Below the pieces are notes generated by a model that saw nothing but the letters and a program-made list of their open reading frames with translations, searched no databases and had not been told where the DNA came from. 42,065 nucleotides of DNA from Toensbergia leucococca (lineage: Eukaryota). Position numbers and translations under genes: made by a program. Below are positions 22,423 to 33,680 of the stretch, piece after piece. Numbering within the stretch: the stretch's first letter is position 1; each line of letters opens with the position of its first letter. The stretch lies in contig JALDZS010000197.1 in assembly GCA_022813965.1 (NCBI GenBank), positions 1 to 42,065 on the forward strand, given 5' to 3'.

Positions 22423-24923
22423 CTAGCAGTAGGACGCTTTGTTTGCCATCTGACCGGCACCGTTGTAATCATTCTGAAAGTCCTTGTCAAGGTCGATGAC
22501 GATTTCCAAGTGTGATCGCGACAACGGCACCTTCTCGTTGACAGCGAGGGCATGAGCAGTACTGATCATGTTCTTGATCTATATTGAGGATCAGCCAGCA
22601 CAGCGTGTCACATTGGCTTCACAACAAACCTGTCGGCCATTCACTTCTTTGTTGGATAGCCAGTTGAGATCAGCGGATGTATATCTGGCTCGGCCCTTGG
22701 CTGTCACCGCCTTCTTCAAGAAGCTTTCCCATATCTTCTTCCTCGTGTCTAAGCCCAAGGGCCCGTAATGCAATGCCACGGAGATTCTGCTCTTAATCGC
22801 ATCGTCAATATCCTTGACGCGATTGGTCGTAAGGATCATGATCCCTCGATAGTACTCAAGTTTCCGCAAGAACACCGACACGAGAGCGTTATGTGGGTTG
22901 ACGAAAGAGCGTGACTGCACAAACACGTCGGCTTCATCAAGGAGGAGGATGGCCTTCCAATGATGAGCAAGGCGAAAGATGGTCGACAGCTGCTCTTCAA
23001 GCACCTTCGCGTCCTGGCCGAGTTCCCCGGCGGATATCTGAAAAAGTCAGAAGGATCAGATAAACGGAGGAGAGCAAGACTTACTGCGTAGAGTGGCCTC
23101 TCAAGATATTCGGACAGTCCTTCTACGGTCAAGGTCTTGCCCACCCCAGGGGGTCCACTGGAAGTGTATGTCAGTCTATGGTAGAGGACCAAGCGCCGGG
23201 ATTCATACTGCAGAAGTGTTATCAACCCCTGGCCCTTTCCCTCCACAAAGTCGTCGATTACATCGTTGGATGCGCGGGATATGTGAGCCTTCGCGAGGGC
23301 CGTGATGACCTTCTTCTTCGTGGCGGGAATCGCGAGATTCTCGAAAGAAGATGGATTCCAGACAATCTCCGTGATATCGTCGACCACAAATTCCACTTTG
23401 TATCATTAGCACAAGCTCCATCTTGTAGATTGCTCCGGGAAAGAAGCCTTACGCCACCGTTTATTGCCAAAGCTCCATCCATAAACCGTCTGGCTGCAGA
23501 TCATCAGGTCGCTTTCGCTCATGGTTGTCGGATCAAGGCCATTGATTTTGACTTCTTCTTCATCGTAGAACATAATATAGCCATCGTTCGACGAGCTCGG
23601 CCTAGCCAATTCGTTGATACGCGGCCGAGTGTAATTCGGATTGCATTTGCGGAAGTAAGCTACATCAACCATGATGCGACTGTCTACAGGGACTTCAACG
23701 TATTCGCCTTTCTCTATGTAGAAGGCATTGCCCCGATATTGGACGTGATGTTGGCCCATGAGGGAGGCGAATTGTCGACCACACCTGACAAAGTATTCCC
23801 TCATTTCTTTCTGGTGTGCATGAAATTTGAGTGGAAAGGCCTCCAGCCTGTCAATTCGCTTCGCCCCTTGAAAATTTTTGATTCCCAGTGCCGTCGACAC
23901 TTCGCCAAACACCTGCCCGTTAAAGTCTAACAGGCGGCAGTCCACGTGGAAGTATGGGATTCCAGAGCTTGTCGTCCTCTCCTTGCCGGAGTCGTACCGG
24001 CAACAGGCCGGCTTTTCGGCGTCAAGAACGGTCGTGTATATTTCCATATTTGGCTTGAACAAAGCCCAGAGCAAGTCGTACGTGATCTCGCGATTTTTGA
24101 GAAGCGATGCAAGACGGGACGAAGTCGAAATATAGGCAGCACGGATGTACTCAACTAGTAGATCGAGGTGCTTCAGCTTCGCATTACTGTTAGTATCGTC
24201 TTCGAGGTCGGTTCGATGGGCTTCCAGTTCCGGGATGTAGTGATACAACACGTTACGCTCAAGCTGTTGGATTATTAGATTCCATTCTGATCAGATGGAG
24301 TGGGTTCATACAGTGATTTTATCCTCTCCGAGAGAGAGCCCGCATACGTCTCGCAGGACGACCCTCAGGACGTCTCTCAGACCGTTGGATTTAATATCGA
24401 TGTAGAATACCTGCTCGGAGGCTCCTTTTTCTGGATTTTCCATCTCAGCATCGAAATGTGCCAGCTTTCCATCGACTTACCGATTCGAGCACGGACGACG
24501 AACATATACTCGTCGAGATCCGTCACCTCTTCAGGCGGTGCTGCTGAGTCCAGGATTTTGTACTTGGATGTACCATCATCCCAATTGGACGGGAGACGTT
24601 AGCAAAGTCGTAGCCACACACGAGCCAACATACACTTCGTCGACCAATTTATACTCCAGCTTCGAGGCTCGTATTCGTGGCTTCTCAGCTTCAACGTGCT
24701 TCGTGACCTCAAGCTTGGCATCTTCAATTTTGTTCCTAGTGTCCACCTTTTCCAATGCTCGAACCAGCTTCTCGACAGCATGCTCGAAGCGGTCGATGAT
24801 ACCGATTTGCGGGGGCACTTGCACGCGTGGGCTGTCCTCAGGCATATATATAGGACTACCGGGAGGGGTCGCTGGCGGTCGTGGAGAGGTGGGCGGGTTT
24901 GGAATAATGTCTGTTGGCGGCAT
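22423..24923 (-). CDS. Fungal AAA+ ATPase (DUF7025-type N-terminal region plus AAA), multi-exon; the first intron acceptor reads AA rather than AG, so possibly a pseudogene
   Basis: Spliced Walker A LLHGPPGVGKT, ISAGELG, Walker B LLLDEADVF, FLRKLEYYRGIMILTTNR, AIKSRI, NGRQ-IKN; N-terminal ITYDLLWALFKP. Stop at 22425-22423. Confidence 0.88.
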
Positions 24924-25434
24924 TATCTCAGCGGTGGAGCAACTCTCAAGGGTAAAGACGGTGACTGATATGGCTAATTGAAAATGATGCTTCTGATTCG
25001 TGAGGTGAACTCTGCAAGTTCGTCAATCTGGGCCGTGATGTGATAAATATCTGGACGGATGAAGAGAGCTGGAAACTGCGGAGAGGGGCATATATATCTC
25101 TTCCTGGTGCTCAACCGGCCCCATCGTTCTGCGCGCCTCAGACATATTTCTTGCATGATCTTTTCCTCTTTCCGTGGCAAGGATAGCCCATCAAAGACAC
25201 TATCTCATGGACAAGTATGGGAACATCCAATAAATCCTTCTCCTTTAGAGTTAGAGGTCGTTAATCAGCGCTTGGTATTCTGCAACGGGCTAATACAGGG
25301 AGTCTATCGCGTGTACTGTGTATGCGGAAAGAATAGCTTTCGTGGTCCAACAAGAAAGTGACTGATTGGCTGTTTCCGTCAATAAAAATAGAAAGCGTCA
25401 TAAGCCGGACTTGTCCGTTACTTGCCGTCTTATG

Positions 25435-25516
25435 CCGTAACAAATCGTACCGCACGGGAGCTTATGTAATATGACACGCGTTCCTCCGCAACAAATCGTA
25501 CTACATCTCAGCTTAT
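25435..25516. promoter_or_regulatory. Bipartite direct repeat CCGYAACAAATCGTAC-N8-AGCTTAT x2 (51-bp period) in a divergent intergenic region
   Basis: Units start at 25435 and 25486; the 8-nt inner spacers differ (cgcacggg vs tacatctc). Confidence 0.55.
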
Positions 25517-25574
25517 CTGAACATACCGCGTACGCTGGACCTCAGAACGGTGTCTTACGTTCTTAATCGATACA

Positions 25575-26421
25575 ATGGAGGAACACAACCTTACCCTCGG
25601 AGACGATACCACAGCCCCTCATAAACGCAAAGTTCCCAAGCTATCAATCGATGATGCACTCAGAGAGGTAGAGGCTGCAGCACTAGCTTTGGAGGAGTCG
25701 TATCGATTGACCGACGTCCAAGAGGCGGCAATCCAGAAATACTTCCGACTTATCAAAACAAGCTCTACCACTATGCAGGAATCAGTGCTAAGGCAAAAGA
25801 ATTCCCGTGTGATGACAGTATTTCACATGCTTCACGACATACGATTTTTACTGGGCTTGAAACCGTTCCTACTTTGTGCCTTGGCCTTGACACCGACAAG
25901 GATGCAGACGATGGACAAATCTGACGCTGCAAAGTTTCCAAGCAAGTTGCAATCTTGGTGGGAAGCCTCAAAACGCCCATCTGCAAAGCTTGAAGCCTTA
26001 GCTAGTCAGTTTAAGCAGACTGATGACGGTATTCCGCTCGTTAGGCCAGATGTCAAACTATCTGACCCTCCAGGTAAGCTTCGTCTAGAGTAATGATATG
26101 TAACGCAACTAATGTTCAATAGGACCTCCCGAGGAAGTAGTTCCATTGACGACTCAATCAATACATAATATGGGTATGTGGGCCAACACCTGTCCAAATT
26201 GCGTGCTATAGCCTAGTAATCATTCAGAATACCTTGCCCAACGACCGGCAAGTCATACCACGCTTTGGCTTACCACCGAAGAGCTTCAAAGCATATTAAA
26301 AAATGAATCCCAGCTCTGGACTCAGTCCTCTCTGATTCTTCCAGTCGTCGATCAACCATATCTCATGGTTCCTGTGTCGCATGAAAGTGGGGCGGCAATA
26401 GTACGAAAGCGTTTAGAGTAG
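25575..26421 (+). CDS. Three-exon hypothetical helical protein; introns 26074-26122 and 26174-26227
   Basis: ORF 25575 continues in frame across two GT..AG introns to ...GAAIVRKRLE*. Contains the basic motif HKRKVPK and the hydrophobic FLLCALALTP. Confidence 0.7.
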
Positions 26422-26430
26422 TGCCTTGGT

Positions 26431-27163
26431 TTAGCATTTTCGAACATATCTCACCAAGGGTTGTCCTCGAATGAGAGCATCGCAGCCGCTGGATAAAAAC
26501 AGCATCTCGACCTTCCCATTGTTTTCTTGCGTCGGCTTTGTAATTATGCTCGTGGCCATTTTCCCTTCCTTATCGAATGCTCTGACAGCACCCTCACTAC
26601 TGGCCTTCTTTACAACGATAGCCATGGTATGCTCTTTGTCTTTCACCATCGACATATCCACTGCGGTTTTCCAGCCCTCGACCGTACACCCTTCATAACC
26701 TGTCTATGGAGTGTATGAGCCATCTGAATCATCTGTCTGATCATGACACATACTTCGGTCTTGAATGTATTTTTAAGTTCGTCTTCATCATCTGCAAACT
26801 CCCCCACCGATGTTGACCAAACACCGTCTTTCATGGTCACTAATCTTCAGTTCCGATATCGTCGTTGAACCGACGTTTTTTCTCCGCGATGGACCAAAAA
26901 AGACTGTAGTTGATGCTCCACGGGTCCACAGCATGTAAAATTTAGGGGGTGTAGGCGTAGGAGTAAAAGCTTGTATGAGTCACCGATACGTTGAGGAGAA
27001 GGTCCGCTCAGTTATGGATGTCCCTGCGGAAGAGAGGTGAGGGAAATAAGTAAAATCTGTAGAGCTGGGGTAGAAAAATCCTTAGCCTAGTTAGGAGCTT
27101 ATCTAGGAGTTAAGTACTCAGTTGCGCAGAATAAAAGATTGGAGAGGGAGAACGACTATACAT
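26431..27163 (-). pseudogene. Multi-exon hypothetical gene, probably damaged in its 5' half
   Basis: Exon ...MKDGVWSTSVGEFADDEDELKNTFKTE splices (gtatgt...atag) in frame to TGYEGCTVEGWKTAVDMSM...RGQPLVRYVRKC*. An in-frame TGA lies just upstream, so the 5' structure is uncertain. Confidence 0.45.
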
Positions 27164-27777
27164 GCCAAGCTGGAATGGTAAAGCTTCGCCGTTGTATGGG
27201 ATGGATCAAACAGCTCAGCTTGTACTCACCTCGTCTGTGAGGTATTTAAATTGTGTCGATGGGAAGTCGCGGAGTGAAGTAAACCTTTCGACGTGAGTGG
27301 CAATCTCTGCGCTGATGGAGGCTTTTCCACGTAGGATACGGGAGGTGGTGCAGGGTAAAAGCGCACAGCGCAAGAGATGGCAGAAGTGAAAAAGTATGGA
27401 TGATAGCCTGGACGTTGATGCCCAACGGATGTCGGAGAGCTGTCCCTCAGCAGGGTAGGACAAGCATTATTGGCGGGTCTGGCTGAGCTGGATAAGCCAG
27501 TTATTACTGCTGTGAACTGCGCTCAAAAATAGGTGCTGAAGTGAAAATGGTTTGCGTCCCTTACGCTTGGGCTGGTAACGGCGCGCGATTATTAGGCAAA
27601 ACCATAGTGGGGTTATACGTCATGTGGCCTTTAGGAATATTTACCTCGGCTTTACTGGTCTTGGAGTAGTGCGAAGTTCACGAGGAAAACGCCGGCGCTA
27701 ATATCTACGGGCTCTTGTTGTGGTCAGAGTCTTGAAATTCGCATCGCTTCATAACCCCCTAACCCGTTCATCATCTT

Positions 27778-30306
27778 ATGGCTGAGTTATCTGAGAGCGA
27801 GCTTGACATTATTAAGACCAATCCCATCAAGGACGAGTTTAAAGCTCTCCTCACCACATTCAAGTCCACGTGTTCAAACGCGAAGATAGCGGATTCGCCA
27901 GTGGATTATGAAAGACTTCTCACGGATCCAGGTAGGTGCAACGCACAGTCCTGTCGATCTAGCTAATCCACAGTAGCTGGAAAAGGTCTGGCTCTTAGGT
28001 TTATAGGCACTTTGCTATTGCTGCCAGCAGCATCGGCTCTTCCCTCCAAGTATGGATTGGGACCACTTAGCGGTGACATAGCTCTACTTTACTCTGGTCT
28101 CTCCTCAAACCAAACCAACATCCATCTCATTGCCGGGCTGCTGCATGCTGTGATTACTGGAGAGGCCGATCAGAAGATATGGACCGAACTATACGGGGTC
28201 ATCGTGCACACCAGACCACAACTACTACAGCAACCTACAACCCCCCCCCAATCTCAGCCATCATTTACATCCTCGTTTCAGCAGACGCCTTGGTCGTTCA
28301 ACACGGGCAGCTTCGCAGACGCATCCGAGCACAGGAGGCAGGTCGATGATGCGCTGAGAGAAGAACTCCTCCCAACCCTTCGAATCGATGTCCCTGACTT
28401 CATCCCTGCCGTCTTCGGCCATATCTCTCGACTCGATGAGCTAGCAGAGATGGTGTTCGATCGATGTCAAGAGGAAGATATCCGACTCTACACCAAAGGC
28501 AGTGGTTGGACTGAGTGGCCTATGAGTGCCAAGGAAGATCTCGTCCTGGATTGGCTACACAATCTCATGAAGCGATTCGTGGCATGGATGAATAGCGTTC
28601 ATCCTGCTACTTCCCGGCAGATCTACAAAGGACCAAGCGCATACCTGGATGGATCGCCCATTAAACGGAAGATGGATGTTGGTATAATGGGGCGTCATGG
28701 GAATAAAGATGATGAAGTGGATGAAAAGACCGGTCCAAAGTCCAGCTGGGCTCAGATCCTCGTGGCTGGTGAATTGAAGAGCAATCCTATCGAGGACGGG
28801 CAGGAGCCTGCATGGCTCGATCTTGCCACGTATGCTCGAGAGGTCTTCCGCACGCAAGACCGGAGGTTCGTGCTTGGGTTTACCCTCTGTGGATCGAGAA
28901 TGCGCTTATGGCACTTCGATCGATCAGGCAGCTCTGGATCTTCCTCTTTCGATATCAACCAGGAGGGACTCAAATACGTTCATGTCATGCTTGGCTATCA
29001 TCTGATGGACGACGAGCAGCTCGGCCTTGACCCTACAATTCAACAATCGGATGGCCAGCGTTTCGTGGAGATAATCCGAGACAATCAGATCGAACGGCTC
29101 ATTCTTATCAAGGAGATCAGAAAGCAGGCGGTGGTTGCCGGCCGCGCTACGACGTGTTGGCGAGCATATTGCAATAAAGACCAGTCAAAGGAGCCCCTCG
29201 TTGTCAAAGATTCATGGCAGTATGAGGAACGAGCGGAAGAGGGCGAGCTGATCAAAGAGGCAACGGACAAAGGCGCGAGGAACATTGCACGATACTATCA
29301 TCATGAAACGGTCCAGGTTAACGGAAAGAACGATGATACCATCGACAATGTGCGAAGAGGGTCCATGAAAACATTCGTTCGAACGAGATTTAGGCAGAGA
29401 CCCCTCAACGAGTCTGACGCTTCAGCTTCGGCCTCCGATTCTCCTCGGAAAACTATTGCAGGCCGAACTCAAAGCCCAAGTCTTTCACGGAAGCGCTCGT
29501 CAAGTACAGCCCAGATGGCGCCACCAGCCAGTTTTAAGAGATCCTGCTCGAGCTTTGAATCCTGGAATTCAGGTTCACCGATTCACAACCGTGTCCATCG
29601 ACGTGTCATCACTCGTGATTTCGGTAAGCCCATTTACGAGGCATCGTCTCCATCGGCTCTCATCACCGGATTGATTGGAGCTATCAAAGGTGAGGATCTC
29701 ATCATGAAAATTAAGAGCGTTGCTGACTTTATTTTAGGGCATGAGTCCTTGCTGAACAGTGGAATCCTCCATCGTGACGTATCGGTTGGTAACATCATGC
29801 TCACAGAGAATGAAGATGACGGCTTCCTCATCGATTACGATCTTGCCATCAGGACAAGCAATGATCGAGCGTCCGGAGCACCCGGCAAGACTGGTACTAA
29901 GGTCTTTATGGCGATTGGTGCTTTGCTTGGCGAGCCTCACAGCTTTATGCACGATCTGGAATCGTTCTTCTGGGTGCTTTTCTGGATCTGTATACACTAT
30001 GAGGGTCGAAATGAGAAGGGGGAGGTCAAGCGCAGGATCGTTCCCCAATATGAAGACTGGAACTATCTTTCGACAGAAAGACTTGCGAATTTAAAAGCTG
30101 GTCAAATATCGAAGGGTATTTTTGACACTGTGGATGATTACTTTACTGAACACTGCAAGCCACTGATTCCTTGTCTGAAGGAGCTGCATAAAGCTGTATT
30201 TGTGGAAGGCAGTAGGTGGTTCAGCGAGCACCGAGAGCTTTACTCGGATATGAAGAGAATACTCGAGAAGGCAAGGGACAATATCAAGTTCGAAGCTGTG
30301 GGTTAG
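27778..30306 (+). CDS. FunK1 / Pkinase_fungal protein kinase; introns 27932-27973 and 29690-29737
   Basis: Motifs WAQILVAGELK, YAREVF..QDRRFVLGFTLCG..MRLWHFDRSG, GRATTCW, VVKDSWQYEER, ILHRDVSVGNIML, FLIDYDLA, TGTKVFMA, HDLESFFWV. Confidence 0.95.
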
Positions 30307-30454
30307 TGCTAAATTTTCATAGTTTGACCAAAAATTGAATTCAGTGAATTTCCATTTTCAGAGTCTTGTATCACTGCTTGAGATGAATAGTCAAATTCGC
30401 CTCAAGTACCTGGCAGAACTAGAAGTCGAAGGAACATTGTCCAGTAAACCACCT

Positions 30455-30865
30455 CAATCATCAAGTATGGCTGGAACCAAAATTTTCATGGCGATTGGTG
30501 CACTAAAAGGCGAGCATCATAACACTATGCACGATTTGGAGTCCTTTTTCTGGGTTCTCTTCTGGATCTGCATCCACTGGAATGGGCCGAGTCAGGAGAG
30601 AAGAAAAGTCAAAGAGTTTGAGGAGTGGAATAAGGAATCAACCCAGAAGCTCGCAAATATCAAAATTGGAATGGTTTCTGAGGAAGACGGGTTTGACAAA
30701 GAAATGAGTGAAAATTTCTCGGAATACTGCAAGCCGCTGATCCCTTGTGTGCAAGAGCTGCGGAAGGTCGTCTTTCCAGGGGGAAAACGGCGGCTGAGTG
30801 AAGATATGAAGCTCTATGCCCAGATGGATGCGGTACTCGAAAAGGGAAGACTGGATGTGAGATAG
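30455..30865 (+). pseudogene. Orphan C-lobe fragment of a second FunK1 kinase
   Basis: AGTKIFMAIGALKGEHHNTMHDLESFFWVLFWICIHW...YCKPLIPCVQELRKVVF parallels the C-terminus of the upstream kinase. HRD, DxD and the N-lobe are absent. Confidence 0.8.
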
Positions 30866-30955
30866 AAGCTATAGTGTTATACTAAGAGAAAGAGTAACTT
30901 GATGGCCGGAGACAAGTATTGAACATTCTTCCCTTGGTTATGTGATACCGGCATA

Positions 30956-31969
30956 CTATGGCTCAATGAAATTGCCTCGAAAGAGAATGAAAGGTGTCAA
31001 TTCCTCGCCATTAAGAGCTTCCAAAGCGTATTGACAGTCCTTCGCCGTTGCCCAATCCGTCGCAGTGCGTCCCGTCATATCCCTGATTGTTACATCTGCG
31101 CCCCCGTCTAGCAAGAGCTTTGTCAACCTCCCGTAGTTCCGTCGAGCAGCGTAGTGTAGTGGCGTGCACCCCTGCCCATCCATCAAGTTCACTCCTGCTC
31201 CTCTGCTAACCAGTAAGCTGGCTATCTGTTTATCACGTCGTTCAACCGCTATGTGTAATGCGGATTTCCCTTCGCGATCCAGAGCAGATAACTCAGATCC
31301 ATTGTCTAAAAGTAACGCTACCGTCTCCGTCGACCTGCTCTCCACGGCCAAATGAAGCAACGTTTGGCCCCATTCAGGTATGCTGGACAGGACCGCCCCG
31401 CATGAAAGAAGCTCCGCTATGGTCTTGGGATGGCCCCCTTTCGATGCCCAATATAACGCTGTCCGCTGATATCGATCCTGCTCCGACACGGAAGCTCCAT
31501 GTACCAAAAGCGAGCGTACTATCTCTTGATGGCCTGCCTTCGCTGCTGCCAGCAGCGGGGTCGAGTCAGCAAAGCCGCGGGGGGAGGGCTGGATGCCTTG
31601 TTGAAGTAGGCTCGTGACTTTGTTCAGATCGCCATCGGTCGCAGCACATTCAAGGACAATTTCGTCGTCTATATCCAACATGGACGCTCGGCAGGTCGGG
31701 CAGCCACCAGTCTCGAATGCAGCTTTTGCCAGACAGGCTTCATGCGTCCAATGTGGACATTCACACCGCAGTCTCACGGCGTCCTGCCCAATCTCCCAGC
31801 TCCCCATACAAAGGTAACATGGTTCCGTAGCCATGCCCTCATCGACGGTCTTCCGGTATAGGGCAGTGTGGGGCAATGTAGTGATAGTATCCCTGTACAG
31901 TCCTCGCAATGTACCAGGGTCAAAGATCATCGCTGCCATTTTAACAAAAGATTCGAAGTTGACCTGCAA
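30956..31969 (-). CDS. RING-H2 plus ankyrin-repeat protein (putative E3 ligase); last exon shown, with further 5' exons likely up to ~32900
   Basis: CYLC-x14-CECPHWTHEAC-x10-CPTC is followed by ~6 ankyrin units (TPLLAAA, TALYWAS, TLLHLAV, SALHIAV, TPLHYAA). The ORF begins at an acceptor-like tttgcag. Confidence 0.85.
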   Translation of the reverse strand: MQVNFESFVKMAAMIFDPGTLRGLYRDTITTLPHTALYRKTVDEGMATEPCYLCMGSWEIGQDAVRLRCECPHWTHEACLAKAAFETGGCPTCRASMLDIDDEIVLECAATDGDLNKVTSLLQQGIQPSPRGFADSTPLLAAAKAGHQEIVRSLLVHGASVSEQDRYQRTALYWASKGGHPKTIAELLSCGAVLSSIPEWGQTLLHLAVESRSTETVALLLDNGSELSALDREGKSALHIAVERRDKQIASLLVSRGAGVNLMDGQGCTPLHYAARRNYGRLTKLLLDGGADVTIRDMTGRTATDWATAKDCQYALEALNGEELTPFILFRGNFIEP

Positions 31970-32371
31970 ATGATCGATAGCTGGGCAAAACCCGGGGCAC
32001 CTGAGGCCTATTACTTGTAGAGTAGGTAGGTATAATGGCTGCGATCAACGTATGTTTGTTACAGCTACGTTAGTTGTCCAGTCGTCAAATCAAGTGGGTG
32101 CTCGTGGACTCACTTAACTTTGGGCAGCTTCGCATGATTAGTCATTGCTTTGGGGTCCAAGCTTGCTGTTGACCATGTGCACTCCCTCTTCGCCAACCAA
32201 GCCACTATGTCTGTGATCCTGGTGACGATGATGCAGCGAGCATTCAAACTTGGCTTGCCCTCTATATGCCTCACAGCTAGGAGTCGATTCGACCTCTTTC
32301 CCCAGGACCCCGTACTACCATACTTGATGGGGTGAAATGATGGTGGGAGGCGATGTGAAGTCACATGACAG

Positions 32372-32399
32372 TAGTTTTTTGCGTGCGCGCAAAAAACTA
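32372..32399. repeat. Perfect 12-bp inverted repeat TAGTTTTTTGCG-tgcg-CGCAAAAAACTA
   Basis: Directly visible in the sequence. Confidence 0.85.
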
Positions 32400-33680
32400 T
32401 AATTAGATCCCCTAGCTAGCACTCCACACGGTAGCTCCAAAAATCATAGTATCACTCCCTGACGAGCACTCCCTTTGCACGTACTCCTCCACAGCGTAGT
32501 GACGAATTGATTGCGCTTTGATCGCCATGGACCTCTCCTTTTTTCGAGTCAGGATAATTCTCGAAGTGTGCGGGAGTGGTCCGTTTTATCGAACTAGAAA
32601 CTTCATGGTAGCCCGACTCAGCAAGCAGGTGGTCTTCGTCGTTGATGTCGCCATAATCAGCTGAGTCTTCGTGGTGGGCATCATCGGATATAGTAGCCAA
32701 TCGTGAATTCAATGAGGTCCATGGCAGGGTTGGCCGATGTTGAGGGCTTTGTTTTGCATTTTGCACGACCTCAGTATCCTTGGCCAGATTCTCTAGGTAG
32801 AGAGCGGTTTGTTGAATTCGTGCTCTTCTAGAAGGAATCACCCCCCAATCAGTGGACTGCACCCTGTACTACAGAAAGATGACTTCTGTTACAGAGCTCA
32901 GGCATCGCAGCCACTTGACGGTACATCGTTCACCCTTCTGGTGGAGATATATTAACCACAATGTCAAGCAGACTCGAAGGTAGACAGATGGGAGAACAGA
33001 TTGTGTCTGGTGTGGCTGTTGTGCGCGGTAGATGAAATGTGGCTTCGCTCAGCCCAGCCCGCAGATCGCGATGGATATGACAACTATTCAATCAAACCCT
33101 TGTTAGGGCTTGATATATATATATTATACACACCCCGAACTCAGGATGCGAGATTGCTGTTCCGGACGGGAAAGGTAGCAGGGTCGCTTCAGAGGGAGCA
33201 GTGAGGAAGCACCGAGGGAGCACCGAGGGAGTGGGGGGAGCACTGGGGCGCAGCATCTTAGCCAAGTCCAGGGCTTAATGTTGGTTACTACTTTTCGTGG
33301 CTGAATAAATCAATTGGTTGGGAGCAGAAATACGAGGAGGGCGAAGTTGCTCCAGTCAGAAGACGTGGCGCGGATGGGTTACCTTGTTCGATTCGGGCTT
33401 TTAATTAAAAGATAAGCACCACTTCTACTTTTGGAATCAAGGTGACAGCGGGAGCTAAATGTGCTAGGTGAATGTGCTACTATCCACGTTCCCATTGGTG
33501 ACCTCCCACCTCGTAAGGATGTGATATTTTTACCCCCAGCGTTACACTCGTCAGCGTTTCACAAGGCTGAAAGAGGTTCGTCAAGAGGAGCATGTATAAA
33601 GCTCAGGATGTGAAGCTGGTGACGGCGCATCGCAATATTCCTTGACGTGCTATCATTGCTCTGCACGTAATTTCGAGAAT

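Noticed and set aside
23178..23930. 250-aa plus-strand ORF
   Set aside because: Antisense shadow of the AAA ATPase exons.
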